DNA of 64,000 nt, taken from the NCBI RefSeq assembly GCF_018350175.1, contig NC_058379.1, positions 22,196,001 through 22,260,000 on the forward strand, in the 5' to 3' direction. Each line of letters opens with the position of its first letter. The stretch's first letter is position 1. The notes beneath the pieces are model-generated. The model was given only the letters and a program-made list of their open reading frames with translations, was not told where the DNA came from and made no database searches. Both the position numbers and the translations under genes were made by a program. The DNA is from Felis catus (taxonomy: Eukaryota). This document shows positions 1 through 13,831 of this stretch, in pieces.

Positions 1-1238
1 ACTTGGGGAAGTCTGCCCAATTTTTGGCTAAAAATCCATTTCTTTAGTGATTATTTACAAAAGATTAAAATAAAAATCTTTTTTCCCCCCACATAACAGA
101 AAGAAAGATTTGACAACTGTGTCAATGTCATTTTTGTAAGTGCTGTGTGCTTCTGATCTCTTGGGACCTGATCAATGTGACATAGTATTTGGGTGTGACA
201 AATAAGGACAAGTAAACTCAAACAAGGAACCCCAGATACATAGGTAAGAGGTAGTGTAAGAGCCTTCACTAAGCAAAAAGGAAGAAATCTAACATTGATT
301 GGAGAAAAGGCCATTGGATTTTAGGGCATTTGACAGGACATGATGCTTCAGTGCTTCCAAATCCTTGTGATAATTTGAAATATGTGTAAGTAATTTGCAG
401 GCAAATAGGACCTTGCCCAGGAAAAGCCCAATGATAGCTGTTAGCCAAACCCTTTTTCAAAGGGGTACAAATAACTGAAGTATTCAAATCTTCTGATGCA
501 AGGTCCCTGGGCAAAAAGGTCATTCTGCTGTATGGGGGATTCTGCCACTGACCAAAGGTGCTCAGGCCTCCTGGGACGGGCACGTGGCTTCTGTGCTCTG
601 ACTGCTGAACCAGTCAGTCCTCCTGGCTAAACTCTCCCTTTAGGAGCCCTGTGCACACAGCCAGATGGAGGCCCTAGCCCCAGATATTCCCAAGCCCACC
701 CCTACCAGACTGTTCTCAAACCTCCCCTTGGTGACTGCCAGGCTGAGGGACGATGCAGCCCAAATGCATGCCGTGTCCCCAGCCACAGAGAACCCCCACA
801 GTCTCTGAACACATCCTCCCCTCTGCTTCAGACATTCCCACGCCTGGATAGTCTTCCTTCTTCCCTTCTCTCCTCACCTCCATCTCCATATTTCAAGCTC
901 TTCTCTGTCCCTCAAAACCCAGCTCAGGTCTCAGCTCCTACAAGTGACCTTCCCTGACTTTGTTCCCCTCTCCCACCCATCCCAGTGGTGACAGCCTCCT
1001 ACCTTACACTGTGCTAACTCACCTGCAAATTACTCTAACCTCCATGGGAACTGTCACGCCTCGTTCATAAAGTTTGAGTTCATGTAGGACTGTGCCATTT
1101 GAATGACATCCATTCCCTCTGAAATGTTAATATACAAGAGCACATACTGTGCAGAGGTCTATTAGGGGTTATTTTTTATATAATAAAAATTATTGTGGCC
1201 TGGAAATAGGTGGTTCCCTCCTTTTGCCCATTTTAATC

Positions 1239-1346
1239 TTTTTTTTTTTTTTTTTTAAGTAGGCTCCATGCCCAGCATGGGCTTGAACTTACAACTCTGA
1301 AATTGAGAGGTGCGTGCTCTACTGACTGAACCAGCCAGGTGCCCCC
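1239..1346 (-). mobile_element. Short CanSINE (tRNA-derived)
   Basis: Poly(T) tail, GGGGCACCTGGCTGG head, TSD TTTTGC(C/T)CATTTTA. Confidence 0.85.
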
Positions 1347-3249
1347 AACTTTTGCTCATTTTAGACAACTGGCAGGTTAAAGCCAGAAATATAAAACTGG
1401 AAGAATATTCCAATATACCAATATACTGAAGAATACAATATTCCAATATACTCAAGAATATTTACAAAGATAGCAAATAAAAATATAGATTAATATTTAA
1501 AAAAACTGGAAGAGCTCAAAAGGCCAAGTTTCAGGTGCCCAAGAGATCAGTTACTTCTACAGAGAGCAGGGGCAGATATGCACAGCTGAGGGGTGGGCTC
1601 CAGGAGTGTGTCCAGGTCCTGGGCTCTGCAGAAGGTCCACAGCTAGGGCAGGGCTGGCAGGGGAAGGGCCACTGTCACAGCACCCACACTCCTGACTGAC
1701 ACAGACACTTCTTTAGGAGGTGCAGGCATACCCCCAAGGTGATCATGACTCGTCCCTCTGCATCCACCAGTGACATGTCCCCACCCAGAGGGGAGGACAG
1801 CTGCCTTCTCAGAGATGCAGCCCCCTGGGGCTGCTGTGCCACATTTCATGCTGTTGGAGGTAGGTCATTTTAAGACTGTGAAAGAACATTTTTCCCCTTC
1901 CCTTTTCAAACACCCTGGGGTGCTTGACCTTCTGCGGTTGATTCTGTCATATCACTTACTACCAGCTGTGGGCAGGATGATTTATGAGTGCTGGGGCACA
2001 CTCCCCAACAACAGTGCTGGGATGAATGGAATTACTAGCACCCATAGCAGTACACACCTCCCATGTGTTATCACGTAATCCTCCTGGCAACTGAGCAGGA
2101 GTGCGAAAGATGAGGAATCTGGAACTCAGAAATATTCACTGGTTTGACCAAGGCCCCAGAGCTGGATGGGAGCTCACAGAAAAGCCTTGCCAACCACCCA
2201 TTTTATAGATAGAGTGAGGTCCCAAGGGACACAGTGACTTGCCCAAGGTCAGATCTGACCCTCCTTGACTCAGCACCCTGTCCATAGTACCACAGAACAT
2301 TCTACCAAATTTGGAAAGTGAATGGCAAAAGAAACACAAAGTAGCCCAGAAAGACAACCTTGGAGTCATGAATACCTTTGGGACCCCCAGCCCCAGCCCA
2401 GCTCTGTGCTGGAACCTCCCATCATGTCCCCTACCAACACTTTCCCTTTTGTAGTCCACTGATCTGTTTCCCAGACTAAGCAGAAATCGGTCTCACCCCT
2501 TTCTCCACAGGTTCTGCTTATGTCTTCCAGTGCCACAAAAACAAAAACAAAAACAGAAACACAGGTCTGCATCCTTATTCACATTCTCTGACACTTCAAA
2601 TTTTCAATATGAGTAGGCTCTACCTGGCCTTCCCTTCTCCAGATTAAACGTCATCAGTTCCTTCATCTGTTCTAGTGGTGACAGGTATAGAGAAACCACA
2701 ACACCCCAATCCTCCTCTCCAATCCTCCTCTCCAAAGATGATTCTAGCATGGACAAGGGTGTCCTGGCTGCTCTGCACACTGGTCCCACAACAGATCCTC
2801 CAGTGCCAAGCCCAGTGGTGGGCCCTGAGGTCACCATGGAAACAAGATACACAGGATCTCTCTGCCCTGGAGGAACTAAGGTTTTGTGAAAAGGATGGAT
2901 AATAAGTAAATAAACAAGTCAGTCAACTAATAATGAAAAATTGCAGTGGAGAAAATAACAAGGATTCTGTCATGAAGCTGTCCTAAGAAGGGAACAACTT
3001 AAAACACTCTGAAGTGTTATTAAGCTGAGACCTGAAGGATGAAAGCCAGGCAGGCCAAGAGTAGGAGCAGGAGTATTCTAGGCAGAGAAGAAAGGCCAAC
3101 GAGTACAAAGGTCCTGAGGCAGGAGCTGAGTATAGTGAGGAGGGAGACAGGCGGGGAAGGAGGCCATAGACTGTCATACAGCATAAGGAGCTCAGATTTT
3201 ACCCTAAGAGCACTGACAAGCCACCTGAGATTACTGTGTGTGTGTGTGG

Positions 3250-6200
3250 TAAAATATACATAACATTTAACATTTTAAACATTTTACATATATAATTCAG
3301 TGATATTTAGTACATTCACAATGTTGTGCAACCATCACAACATTTTCACTACCCAAAAAGAAATCCTGTACCCACTAAGCAGACACTTCTCAACCTCTTT
3401 CCCCAGTTCCTGGCAACCACTACTCTGCTTTCTGTCTCTCTGGACTTGCCTATTGTGGACATTTCATGTGAACAGAATCATAAAACATATGGCCTTCTGT
3501 ATCTGTCTTCTTAACGTGTGTTCAAGGTTCATCCATGTCATAGCATGCATTAGTACTTCGTCCCTTTTCCTTGCTCAGTAATATTCCACTGAATGGACAT
3601 ACCACACTTATTCATTCATTCATCTGATGATGGACATTTGGGCTATGTTCACCTTTTGGCTCTTGTGGATAGTGATGCTATTAACATTCATGTACAAGTT
3701 TTTATTTGAAAACATGTTTTCAGTTCTTTTTTGCTTGAAAACGTGTTTTCAGTTCTTTCAGTGTTCAGTTCTTTCCACTGAATGGAGTGGAAGTGCTAGT
3801 ATCATAGGGGTAATTATGCTTAACTCAGTGAGAAAGCACTAGAACATTTTCCATAGTAGCTGCACTATTTTACATTCCTACTGGCAATGTATGAGGGTTC
3901 CTATCTTCCATATCCCTGTCAATGCNNNNNNNNNNNNNNNNNNNNNNNNNNNNNNNNNNNNNNNNNNNNNNNNNNNNNNNNNNNNNNNNNNNNNNNNNNN
4001 NNNNNNNNNNNNNNNNNNNNNNNNNNNNNNNNNNNNNNNNNNNNNNNNNNNNNNNNNNNNNNNNNNNNNNNNNNNNNNNNNNNNNNNNNNNNNNNNNNNN
4101 NNNNNNNNNNNNNNNNTAATATTCTGGATACTAGCCTCATCAAAAACATGTCTTGCAAATATTCTCTCCCATTCTGTGAGTTGTCTTTTCCCTTTNNNNN
4201 NNNNNNNNNNNNNNNNNNNNNNNNNNNNNNNNNNNNNNNNNNNNNNNNNNNNNNNNNNNNNNNNNNNNNNNNNNNNNNNNNNNNNNNNNNNNNNNNNNNN
4301 NNNNNNNNNNNNNNNNNNNNNNNNNNNNNNNNNNNNNNNNNNNNNNNNNNNNNNNNNNNNGTATTATGGTTTGGGCCCTTATATTTAGGTCTTTGATGCA
4401 TTTGAGTTAAGTCTTTGTATATGGAGTGAGGTAGGAGTCTAACTTCATTCTTTTACATGTGGACATCCAGCCATCTCAGCACCTTTGTTGAAGAGACTAT
4501 CCTTTCTCCATTGAATGACCTTGGTACCCTCGCTGAAAATCCATTGATCATAGATGTATAGTTTATTTCTAGACTCTTAATTTTATTTCATTCATCTGTA
4601 TGTCTGTCCTTAGGTCAGTACCATACAGTTTTGATTTATAGTAAACTAGCTTTATAGTAAGTTTTGATGTTGAAAAGAGTTCTCTTAACTTTGTCTTCCT
4701 TTCTAAGATTGTTTTGACTACTTTGGGTTCCCTGGAATGTTTTTTTCTACCTCTAAGAAAAAAGGTCATTGTAATTTTGATATGGATTATACTGAATCTA
4801 TACATTGCTTTGGGTTGNNNNNNNNNNNNNNNNNNNNNNNNNNNNNNNNNNNNNNNNNNNNNNNNNNNNNNNNNNNNNNNNNNNNNNNNNNNNNNNNNNN
4901 NNNNNNNNNNNNNNNNNNNNNNNNNNNNNNNNNNNNNNNNNNNNNNNNNNNNNNNNNNNNNNNNNNNNTCTTCAGAATTTATTTGTGATGATGCTTAAAG
5001 GAAATTGTTTTCTTAATCTCTTTTTTTTGGATTGTTCATTGTGGGTATATAGAAATATAAGTGATATTTGTTGGTCTTGTGCCCTGCAGCTTTGCTGAAT
5101 TTGTTTATTAGCTCTCATAGGGTTTTTTTGTGGATTCTTTGGCATTTTCTATATGTAGAATTGTATCATCTATGTGCCAATAGAAAGTTTTACTTCTTCC
5201 TTTCCAATTTTTCCTTTTGTTTCCTTTTCTTGTCTAGAACTTCAAGTACAATGTTGAATAGCCATGGTGAAAATGGGGATCCTTGTCTTGTTCCTCATCT
5301 TAGGGGAAAACTTCAGTTTTTTTACCATTGAATATGAAGCCAGCTGTGGGTTTTTCATAAATGGCCTTCATCATATTTGCTGATGTTTTTATGAAGAAAG
5401 GGTGTTAGATTTTGTCAAATCCTTTTTCTGCATCAATTGAGATGATCACATAAGTGAGGATTTTTTCCTTCAATCAGTGAAGTATACTATATTGATTGGT
5501 TTCTTATGTTGAACTGCCCTTGCAATTCCTGGGATAAATCCCACATGGTCATGGTGTATAATCCTTTTGATATGCTGTTGGATTTTGTTTGCCAGTATTG
5601 TGTTGAGGAGTTGAGGGGTTGAGATGTTGAATCTATATTCATAAGGGATAATGGTCTATAGTTTTCCTTTCTTGTGATGCCTTTGTTTGGCTTTGGTATA
5701 GGGGCAGACTCACAGAATAAGTTAGAAAGTGTTTCCCTCCCCTTAATTTTTTTGGAAGAGTTTGAGAAAGACTGGTATTAATTCTTCTTTAAATGTTTAG
5801 TAGACTTATGTGGATCTTGAGAAACTTAACAGAAACCCATGGGGGAGGGGAAGGAAAAAAAAAAAAGAGGTTAGAGTGGGAGAGAGCCAAAGCATAAGAG
5901 ACTGTTAAAAACTGAGAACAAACTGAGGGTTGATTGGGGGTGGGAGGGAGGGGAGGGTGGGTGATGGGTATTGAGGAGGGCACCTTTTGGGATGAGCACT
6001 GGGTGTTGTATGGAAACCAATTTGACAATAAATTTCATATACTGAAAAAAAATAAATAAATGTTTAGTAGAATTCATCAGTGAAACCATCTAGTCCTGGG
6101 CTTTTCTTTGTTGGGAGACTTTTGAGGACTGATTCAATCTCTTATTACAGAACTGCTAAGATTTTCTGTTTCTTCTTTANNNNNNNNNNNNNNNNNNNNN

Positions 6201-6980
6201 NNNNNNNNNNNNNNNNNNNNNNNNNNNNNNNNNNNNNNNNNNNNNNNNNNNNNNNNNNNNNNNNNNNNNNNNNNNNNNNNNNNNNNNNNNNNNNNNNNNN
6301 NNNNNNNNNNNNNNNNNNNNNNNNNNNNNNNNNNNNNNNNNNNNNNNNNNNNNNNNNNNNNNNNNNNNNNNNNGAAGGTTTGCCAACTTTGTTGATCACC
6401 TTAAAGAAGCAACTTTTAGTTTCATTGATTTTTTTAATTATTTTTCTATTCTCTATTTCATTTATCTCAACTCTGATATTTGTTGTTTCCTTCCTTCTAC
6501 TAGTTTTGGGTTTAGTTTGGTCTTCCTTAAAATGTAAGATGTAAAGCTTGATTACTGATTTGAGATTTTCTGTCTTTTTAAATGTTATTTTATAGCTATA
6601 AATTTCCCTCTGAGTACTGCTTTTGCTGTATCCCATAAATTATGGCATGTTGTGTTTTCATTTTCATTCTTCTCAAAGTATTTTTTTAATTTCCTTGTGA
6701 TTTCATCTTTGAATCAAGGGTTGTTCAAGAGTGTGTTATTTAATATCTACATATTTTTTAATTTTCTTCTGTAATTGATTTCTAGTTTCATTTCACTGTG
6801 GTTAGAAAAGATACTTTGTATGATTTCAATCTTCTTAAACTTATGGAGACTTGTTTTGTGGCCTAACATTTAGTGTATCATGGAGAACTTTCTACATGCA
6901 CTTGAGAAGAGTATGTGTGTCCCACCGTTGTTGGGTGAGTGTTCTGTATATGTTTGTTAAGTCTAGTTGGTTTATAGCAC
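3250..6980 (-). mobile_element. Old L1 (L1MA/MB-type) 3' UTR plus ORF2 fragments, gapped
   Basis: Antisense L1 3' end near 3250. ORF 6145-6636 encodes KPKTSRRKETTNIRVEINEIENRKIIKKINETKSCFF (L1 ORF2), and ORF 4569-4805 is also ORF2-like. Confidence 0.85.
5805..6056 (+). mobile_element. 5'-truncated felid L1 3' end inserted into the older L1, 15-bp TSD
   Basis: G-rich L1 3' UTR ending in AATAAA and an A tail. TSD TAAATGTTTAGTAGA at 5790-5804 and 6057-6071. Confidence 0.85.
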
Positions 6981-7936
6981 TCAAGAGGTGTAAGTAATGC
7001 AGTGATATGATCAGATTCCCACTTTTTAACATGTCATTTTGCCTGCTGTTTGGGGAACTGACTGAAAGCAGGAAGACAGTGAGGAGGTTTTCAGACATTC
7101 AGGTAAGAGGGGATGGTGCCTGGACTGGGGTTGTGAGGGGTGGCAGAAAAGCTAGAGAGTAGGCTTCCTGATGGATGAGAGATAGTCCATAGCCTAGGAA
7201 GGGACAGATAGGCCTTGGGATGACCTGAAGGGGGTCCATCTGGAGCACCATCTATGCTCTTGACCCAGCTGGTAGCTATGAGCCAGAGTCAAGGAGAACC
7301 ACACTAGGCTGTCTTTCCTTATTTGGGGTTACCTGAATCTGACCCCATGTGAAAAGTTGCAAACCACAACTCTTTAACATCAGCCTGAGAACTGTGGGAG
7401 AAAGATATTGCCTTGCAGAGATGCCACCACAAGAACTCTTTCTCAAGAAATAATCAGGTAACCCCAACCTTTTTATAAAAGCACAGTACCTTTTTGAAGT
7501 CTTCACCTTCACATGCGTTAGTTCATTTATGTTTCAAAACACCAAAAGGAGAGGAATCCTACCATTTCTGATTAACACATAGCAAGTGCTACCTTGAATT
7601 GTACCTGAATGTTTGCCCTATGTCCCTACCCAGGAGGCTAACCCCTTGGGAACACAAGACATGTGCTATGTCTCCAGCCCCTGACCATGCCTAAGGGGTA
7701 TGAAACGAAGGAAGGTGAGCCTGAGGCAACTCCCTCAGGGGTCCCAACCCTCTTAGAGGAAGTCCAGGCTTAGAAATTACTAGCACTTCCCAGCTGAGTT
7801 AACAAGTACTTCCACCCCAGGTGCAGAAGAAACTCTGTCCATTGGCTGTCCCAGGAAAATTGTTCCAGAATGATGAATCCAATAAATACTACCTGCTACG
7901 TTATTTTCAGAAGGTTCCTAGAATATGATTCAATTA

Positions 7937-9830
7937 TTTTTTTCTTTTTTTTTTAATACGAAGTTTATTCGTCAAATTGGTTTCCATACAACACCCAGTG
8001 CTCATCCCAACAGGTGCCCTCCTCAATACCCATCACCCACTTTCCCCTCCCTCCCACCACCCATCAACCCTCAGTTTATTCTGTTTTTAAGAGTCTCTTA
8101 TGGTTTGCCTCCCTCCCTCTGTAACTTTCCCCCCCTTTCCCCTCCCCCATGGTCTTCCGTTAAGTTTCTCAGGATCCACATAAGAGTGAAAACATATGGT
8201 ATCTGTCTTTCTCTGTATGACTTATTTCATTTAGCATCACACTCTCCAGTTCCATCCACATTGCTACAAAGGGCCACATTTCATTCTTTCTCATTGCCAA
8301 GTAGTATTCCATTGTATATATAAACCACAACTTCTTCATCCATTCATCAGTTGATGGACATTTAGGTTCTTTCCATAATTTGGCTATTGTTGAGAGTGCT
8401 GCCATAAACATTAGGGTACAAGTGCCCCTATGCATCAGCACTCTTGTATCCCTTGGGTAAATTCCTAGCAGTGCTATTGCTGGATCATAGGGTAGGTCTT
8501 TTTTTAATTTTTTGAGGAACCTCCACACTGTTTTCCAGAGCGGCTGCACCAGTTTGCATTCCCACCAACAGTGCAAGAGAGTTCCCATTTCTCCACATCC
8601 TCTCCAGCATCTATAGTCTCCTGATTTGTTCATTTTAGCCACTNNNNNNNNNNNNNNNNNNNNNNNNNNNNNNNNNNNNNNNNNNNNNNNNNNNNNNNNN
8701 NNNNNNNNNNNNNNNNNNNNNNNNNNNNNNNNNNNNNNNNNNNNNNNNNNNNNNNNNNNNNNNNNNNNNNNNNNNNNNNNNNNNNNNNNNNNNNNATTAT
8801 TTTTTTTTTCAGGTGTGGAGTTTGGTGAGTTCTTTATAGATTTTGGAAACTAGCCCTTTGTCCAATATGTCATTTGCATATATCTTTTCCCATTCCATCA
8901 ATTGCCTTTTAGTTTTGCTCATTGTTTCCTTTGCAGTGCAGAAGCTTTTTATCTTCATGAGGTCCCAATAGTTCATTTCTGCTTTTAATTCCCTTGCCTT
9001 TGGGGATGTGTCAAGTAAGAAATTGCTGCGGCTGAGGTCAGAGAGGTTTTTTTCCTGCTTTCTCCTCTATGGTTTTGATGGTTTCCTGTCTCANNNNNNN
9101 NNNNNNNNNNNNNNNNNNNNNNNNNNNNNNNNNNNNNNNNNNNNNNNNNNNNNNNNNNNNNNNNNNNNNNNNNNNNNNNNNNNNNNNNNNNNNNNNNNNN
9201 NNNNNNNNNNNNNNNNNNNNNNNNNNNNNNNNTCTTTCCTGCTTTGTCAAAGATTAGTTGGCCATACTTTTGTGGGTCCAGTTCTGGAGTCTCTATTCTA
9301 TTGCATTGGTCTATCTGTTTTTGTACCAATGCCATGCTGTCTTGATGATTACAGCTTTGTAGTAGAGGCTAAAGTCTGGGATTGTGATGCCTCCTGCTTT
9401 GGTCTTCTTCTTCAATATTACTTTGGCTATTTGGGGTCTTTTGTGGTTCCATACAAATTTTAGGATTGCTTGTTCTAGCTTCAANNNNNNNNNNNNNNNN
9501 NNNNNNNNNNNNNNNNNNNNNNNNNNNNNNNNNNNNNNNNNNNNNNNNNNNNNNNNNNNNNNNNNNNNNNNNNNNNNNNNNNNNNNNNNNNNNNNNNNNN
9601 NNNNNNNNNNNNNNNNNNNNNTTTCCTTCATAAGCTTTCTATAGTTTTCAGCATACAGATCCTTTACATCTTGGGTTAGATTTATTCCTAGGTATTTAAT
9701 GATTCTTGGTGCAATTGTGAGTGGGATCAGTTTCTTTATTTGTCTTTCTGCTGCTTCATTATTACTGTATAAGAATGCAACTGATTTCTGTACATTAATT
9801 TTGTATCCTGCGACTTTGCTGAATTTATGA
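7937..9830 (-). mobile_element. 5'-truncated felid/carnivore L1 (ORF2 C-terminus plus 3' UTR)
   Basis: ORFs 9311-9835 ([19 protein letters not shown]) and 8169-8642 ([29 protein letters not shown]) are L1 ORF2. Poly(T) at about 7937-7954. Confidence 0.93.
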
Positions 9831-10579
9831 AACAATCATTTTAATTATTTCATTTTATTTTACTCACGAGAAGCTAGAAAGAGGAAACTCATTCTTCCAT
9901 GACCATCAGTGCTCCTAAACTTAGCCAATGCGTGTCTTGAGCCATGTCATCCACACCACCAGCCACACCACCCACCATGTCATCCACCACAGTGGCTTTC
10001 CATAGACCTCCAAACAGAAAGCACAGGTCCTATTGGGGGTCCCAGCACAGCCCATGCCTGAAATGGCTCCAAAACCCTCCTTCACTGAGAAATGGAGTGG
10101 TATCTTGGGGATCCTGTGTCAAAATTAGCATCACTGTTGACACACCAGAGTCACATGAGTGATGATCCCAAGGAAAAATCACCGGGGGTAAGGGGGAATC
10201 CATGCTCCAAATATGTGAGACCAAAAGAGAAGGTCAGAATGATATTAAATGACCATCAATGTGCACTGAGAAGCTAGTGCTGGGAGAGACCCCAATACAA
10301 TAGACCAGGTATGGGGCATGGTGACTGACATTACCAGTCCCTCTCATCCTGTTTTGTGCTAGAGCTCCTTCCATAGGACTCAATGTCTCCCCAACCAGCC
10401 TGTGAGATAATCCTGGAGCGGAGAGGCTGTGATTTGTTCTCACATGGAGCCCTGCCTTCCTAAAAGAACCCCACATAGGTCTGAGAAAGCACACACCATT
10501 TTGCTTTAACTTCAGAAGAGTTACAGCTTCCCAATATCTCCTCCCTGAGTGTGTGTGGACCTAGTTTTCACCCATCAGA

Positions 10580-11180
10580 AACATTTGCTATCACTCTGGG
10601 TGGACACGGCTATGGGAGGCAGACATTCTCACACACTGCTACAGTCATCTGATATTACAACCCCTATGGAAGTTAGCTTGACAATCTCTCAGAATTACAA
10701 AGGCACACTGTTATTAACCCAGCAACCCTACTTTCTAGAATGTATACTTCATTTATACTTTTACGAATGTGAAACAAAATGCAAGATTACTCATTGCAGT
10801 ACAGCATGTCATAGCAAAATAAACAACCTCAATGTTCATCAACAGGTTTTGGGTTAAATAAACTATGATATATCCATACAACAAAGTACTATACTGCTGT
10901 AAAAACAAGGAGGAAGCTTTTTATGTACTGATAGGGAAGAAATTCCAAGATATATTGCTAAGTGGAAAGAAGGAAAGTGGAAGACTGCATTTATTTTAAA
11001 ATAAATACCAATTTTAATAAATATGTAAAAGACACAAGGTAGGTCTGGTTGCCTCTGGGAGGGATAATAGGGTGGTTGTCTGGGAACAAGAGTCAAGGGC
11101 AGGTGTCACTGCATGTGCTTTTGAAACTTCTGGTTTATGAATCACATAAAGACATGACATATTAAAAAAAATAAATGCAG
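10580..11180 (+). mobile_element. Ancient L1 (L1ME-type) 3' fragment
   Basis: Degenerate L1 ORF2-end/3' UTR phrases (acccagcaaccctacttctaga, aacctcaatgttcatcaacagg, ctggttgcctctggg). Confidence 0.6.
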
Positions 11181-11666
11181 GTATTAAACAATTAAATGTC
11201 TTGCTCAGGATATCTGAGCTGGTCTACCACCTCAGCAAAGACAACAGCTCTGGCTAAATAGCTTTCAATCTCCATAATGGGCCTGGGAAAAAGTCTGGCC
11301 CACGCCACAGGTACATGATCCTGGACTCCCACCTCTGCTGCTGCTTCTGGATCTCACTCACTGCAGCATCTGAAGGTTCTGTTAAAATCTAGGAACCATA
11401 CTTGCCCAAAGAAAGATACACACAGCCCTCCTCATCACAAATATTTCTATCCCAAGACCTGTCCACCCAACCTTGACCACCTAAGCATCTCATTGCTGAG
11501 GACACACAGAGTTGAATGGGAAGGGTAAACACATATCCCAACCTTCCAGGGTTGGTCTGGACTAGCCTGGGTCTCCTGGTCACCACCACCCCCCAAACAC
11601 TTTCAAGTCCCACTCTCTCTGGATCCATGACACTGCATGTATACCCGCTCACCAAGTGCTCACTAC

Positions 11667-11875
11667 CTGAGTGGCTGCTCATCATGCAGACAGCCTTGGC
11701 CTTGGCCAGCTCCAGGGCGGTGATCCACTGCTGCCGCTCTACCTCCGAGCTGGCCTTGAGGTGGTAGGTCCTTGCCCCACTGGTCAGCACGATACTGCAA
11801 GAGTCCTCCGTGTCAAAGTGCGCGGTGGACAGGTTGATGGTGCCACGACAGGTGTGGGCCATTTCACCCTGATTT
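11667..11875 (-). CDS. OSBP2: OSBP2 coding exon 2 (C-terminal half of PH domain)
   Basis: Acceptor CCTACAG|A (AG 11877-11876). Reads (R)NQGEMAHTCRGTINLSTAHFDTEDSCSIVLTSGARTYHLKASSEVERQQWITALELAKAKAVCMMSSHS. Donor CAG|GTAGTG (GT 11666-11665). 209 nt; AG+A completes the split Arg codon from exon 1. Confidence 0.96.
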
Positions 11876-13831
11876 CTGTAGGATGCAAGAGAAGGTATGG
11901 GGTGAGGCTCCCAAACTCAATACCTCTAGACTGCTCAAGGCAAATCCTCAGAACCTCAGACCCTTAGAACTGAGAGAGTCCCTGGAGTCAGAGCAGGGAG
12001 ATAATGCCTGATGGGATTGACTGGTAGGGGCTTGGCTGAGGGGCGCTCAGTGGGGAGATAGCAAAGGGAGGAGGGCCCGCATTAGTGCCAACTGCAGGGC
12101 ATGCTGGCTGTGGGTTAAGCCCTTGCAGACATGAGGAAATGGATAAGGGTGACTGTCTAGAGACCTGTGAGGCAGCACAGACCACTAACTCCAACCCAGC
12201 CTCCTTCCACTAAGTCTCAGAACCACAGAGCTGGAGCAGGATGGCAAATACCACTGAAACTGAGATTAGAGACCCAGAACCCCAGAGGGTGGATTTGGAG
12301 GCACACCCTGCCAGGAGTGACCTAGGAACAGAGATCCACAGAGCAAGGATGCCACCACACTCTTCTGGCCCCACAACAAATGGGAAGAAGGCAATGGCGG
12401 GACTAACACAGTGCTGCCTCATGACGGACATGACCTTATAACCTTTGCTGGTTATAAGATTATGGAGCTGATGGTACCAAAGTAAGGGGAAATGGAAGTG
12501 ACTGAAGTGCAGGCCATTTCCAACTGTGACCAATGTCTAAAAACAGATCCAACCATCATGACTGGATCTACCTAACTTAGTCCTTCACATACTTAAAGGA
12601 AATTTGGAACCCTCACAACATACCAAATCTCTTTTCACAGAGAGTATTGGAAAAGGAAGAGCAATTGGTGGTCAGCATGTAACACAGCCAGTGGCAGAAG
12701 CTCATTTGGCAAATTCTGCTGCCCTTTGATGCTGGTTGTTCCTCATGTTATTTTCTTGATTCTTCTACCAGTTATAAAGTCAAATGACTTGACACTCAAC
12801 AAGACATTCAGCTTTTATGTGAACAGCTTATGCCTTTTCCAATTTCCTCCTGCTTTGGCTACATTCCTTAGAGAAGATGACATAGTTTATACTTGAGGAA
12901 AAGTCCCGCTCCTAGGTGCTGACATGTTCTACTTGAAGAAAACTCCTTCTAATTAACAAAACTGGCAAAGATGAGCATACCTGTTGGAAGCCTGCCCTTT
13001 TTGATTCAAGGACTTTTTGGCTAGAGGCTGTTCAGGTGCTAAACAATACAGTAACTAACCAAAAAAGGCCACTATGGCTCAGCTCAAAAAGAAGGCGGGG
13101 AGGTGGTGACCATTCTAGGCAGGGGGAACAGAAAGGGCAAAGAACATAAGGCAAGGTGAACTTTACAGGTTTCAAAAAAGAAGAAAAGTTTCCGTGTAGT
13201 AAGAGCATTGAGAACAACAGAGTGAATGAGAAAAAGGTGAAGCTAGAAAATTACATAGGGGCCAGATGCAATACTTTGTGGGTTATGTTAGGATTTAGAC
13301 TTTTATCTCAAAACTAAAACAGTGGGCCTCCTAGGCCTAATGTTAGGAAAGAAGCAGAGGTGGCCAAGAGTTACAGAAATTCCTATGGAAAACGGGGAAT
13401 AGAAGTACCTGGTATGAGATGGGATATGGAAGCCAGGCCACTGTGTGGTATCAGAGTAGGCTGGAAGTTATCCAGTGGCTATTGTATTGGATTACAACCC
13501 ATCAACTAAAATAAATACCCCTGAGTTCATGCTGATATAAGCAAATAGTTGAAGGGATAAATAAATGGGGGAGAAGGGACAGATCTTCTTTAATAAAAGT
13601 AGATGTGATCACAGATATAGAAATTCACTAAATGCAATGTAGGATTCTAGATTGGATTACAAGATAGAAAAAGACATTAGAGAAAAACTTGTGAAATATG
13701 AATAAAGCTGGAGGTTTAGTTAATAGTATCATATCATGTTAATTTTCTGGTTTTGATAATTGTACTTTGCTGAGATAAGATATTAACATTAGGGGAAGCT
13801 AGATGATGGATACTTGAACTTTTCTATAAGA

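Noticed and set aside
51-583. Two minus-strand ORFs (87 and 104 aa) in intron 2
   Set aside because: No similarity to OSBP2 exon 3 or any protein I recognise.
1400-1462. Short local duplications (also at about 3705-3775, 9942-9990, 30649-30679, 59101-59148)
   Set aside because: Two- or three-copy slippage products; not spaced repeat arrays and not CRISPR-like.
11389-11666. ORF continuation past exon 2 (GSEHLVSGY...)
   Set aside because: Read-through into intron 2 after the donor; similarity to OSBP2 ends at ..SSHS.
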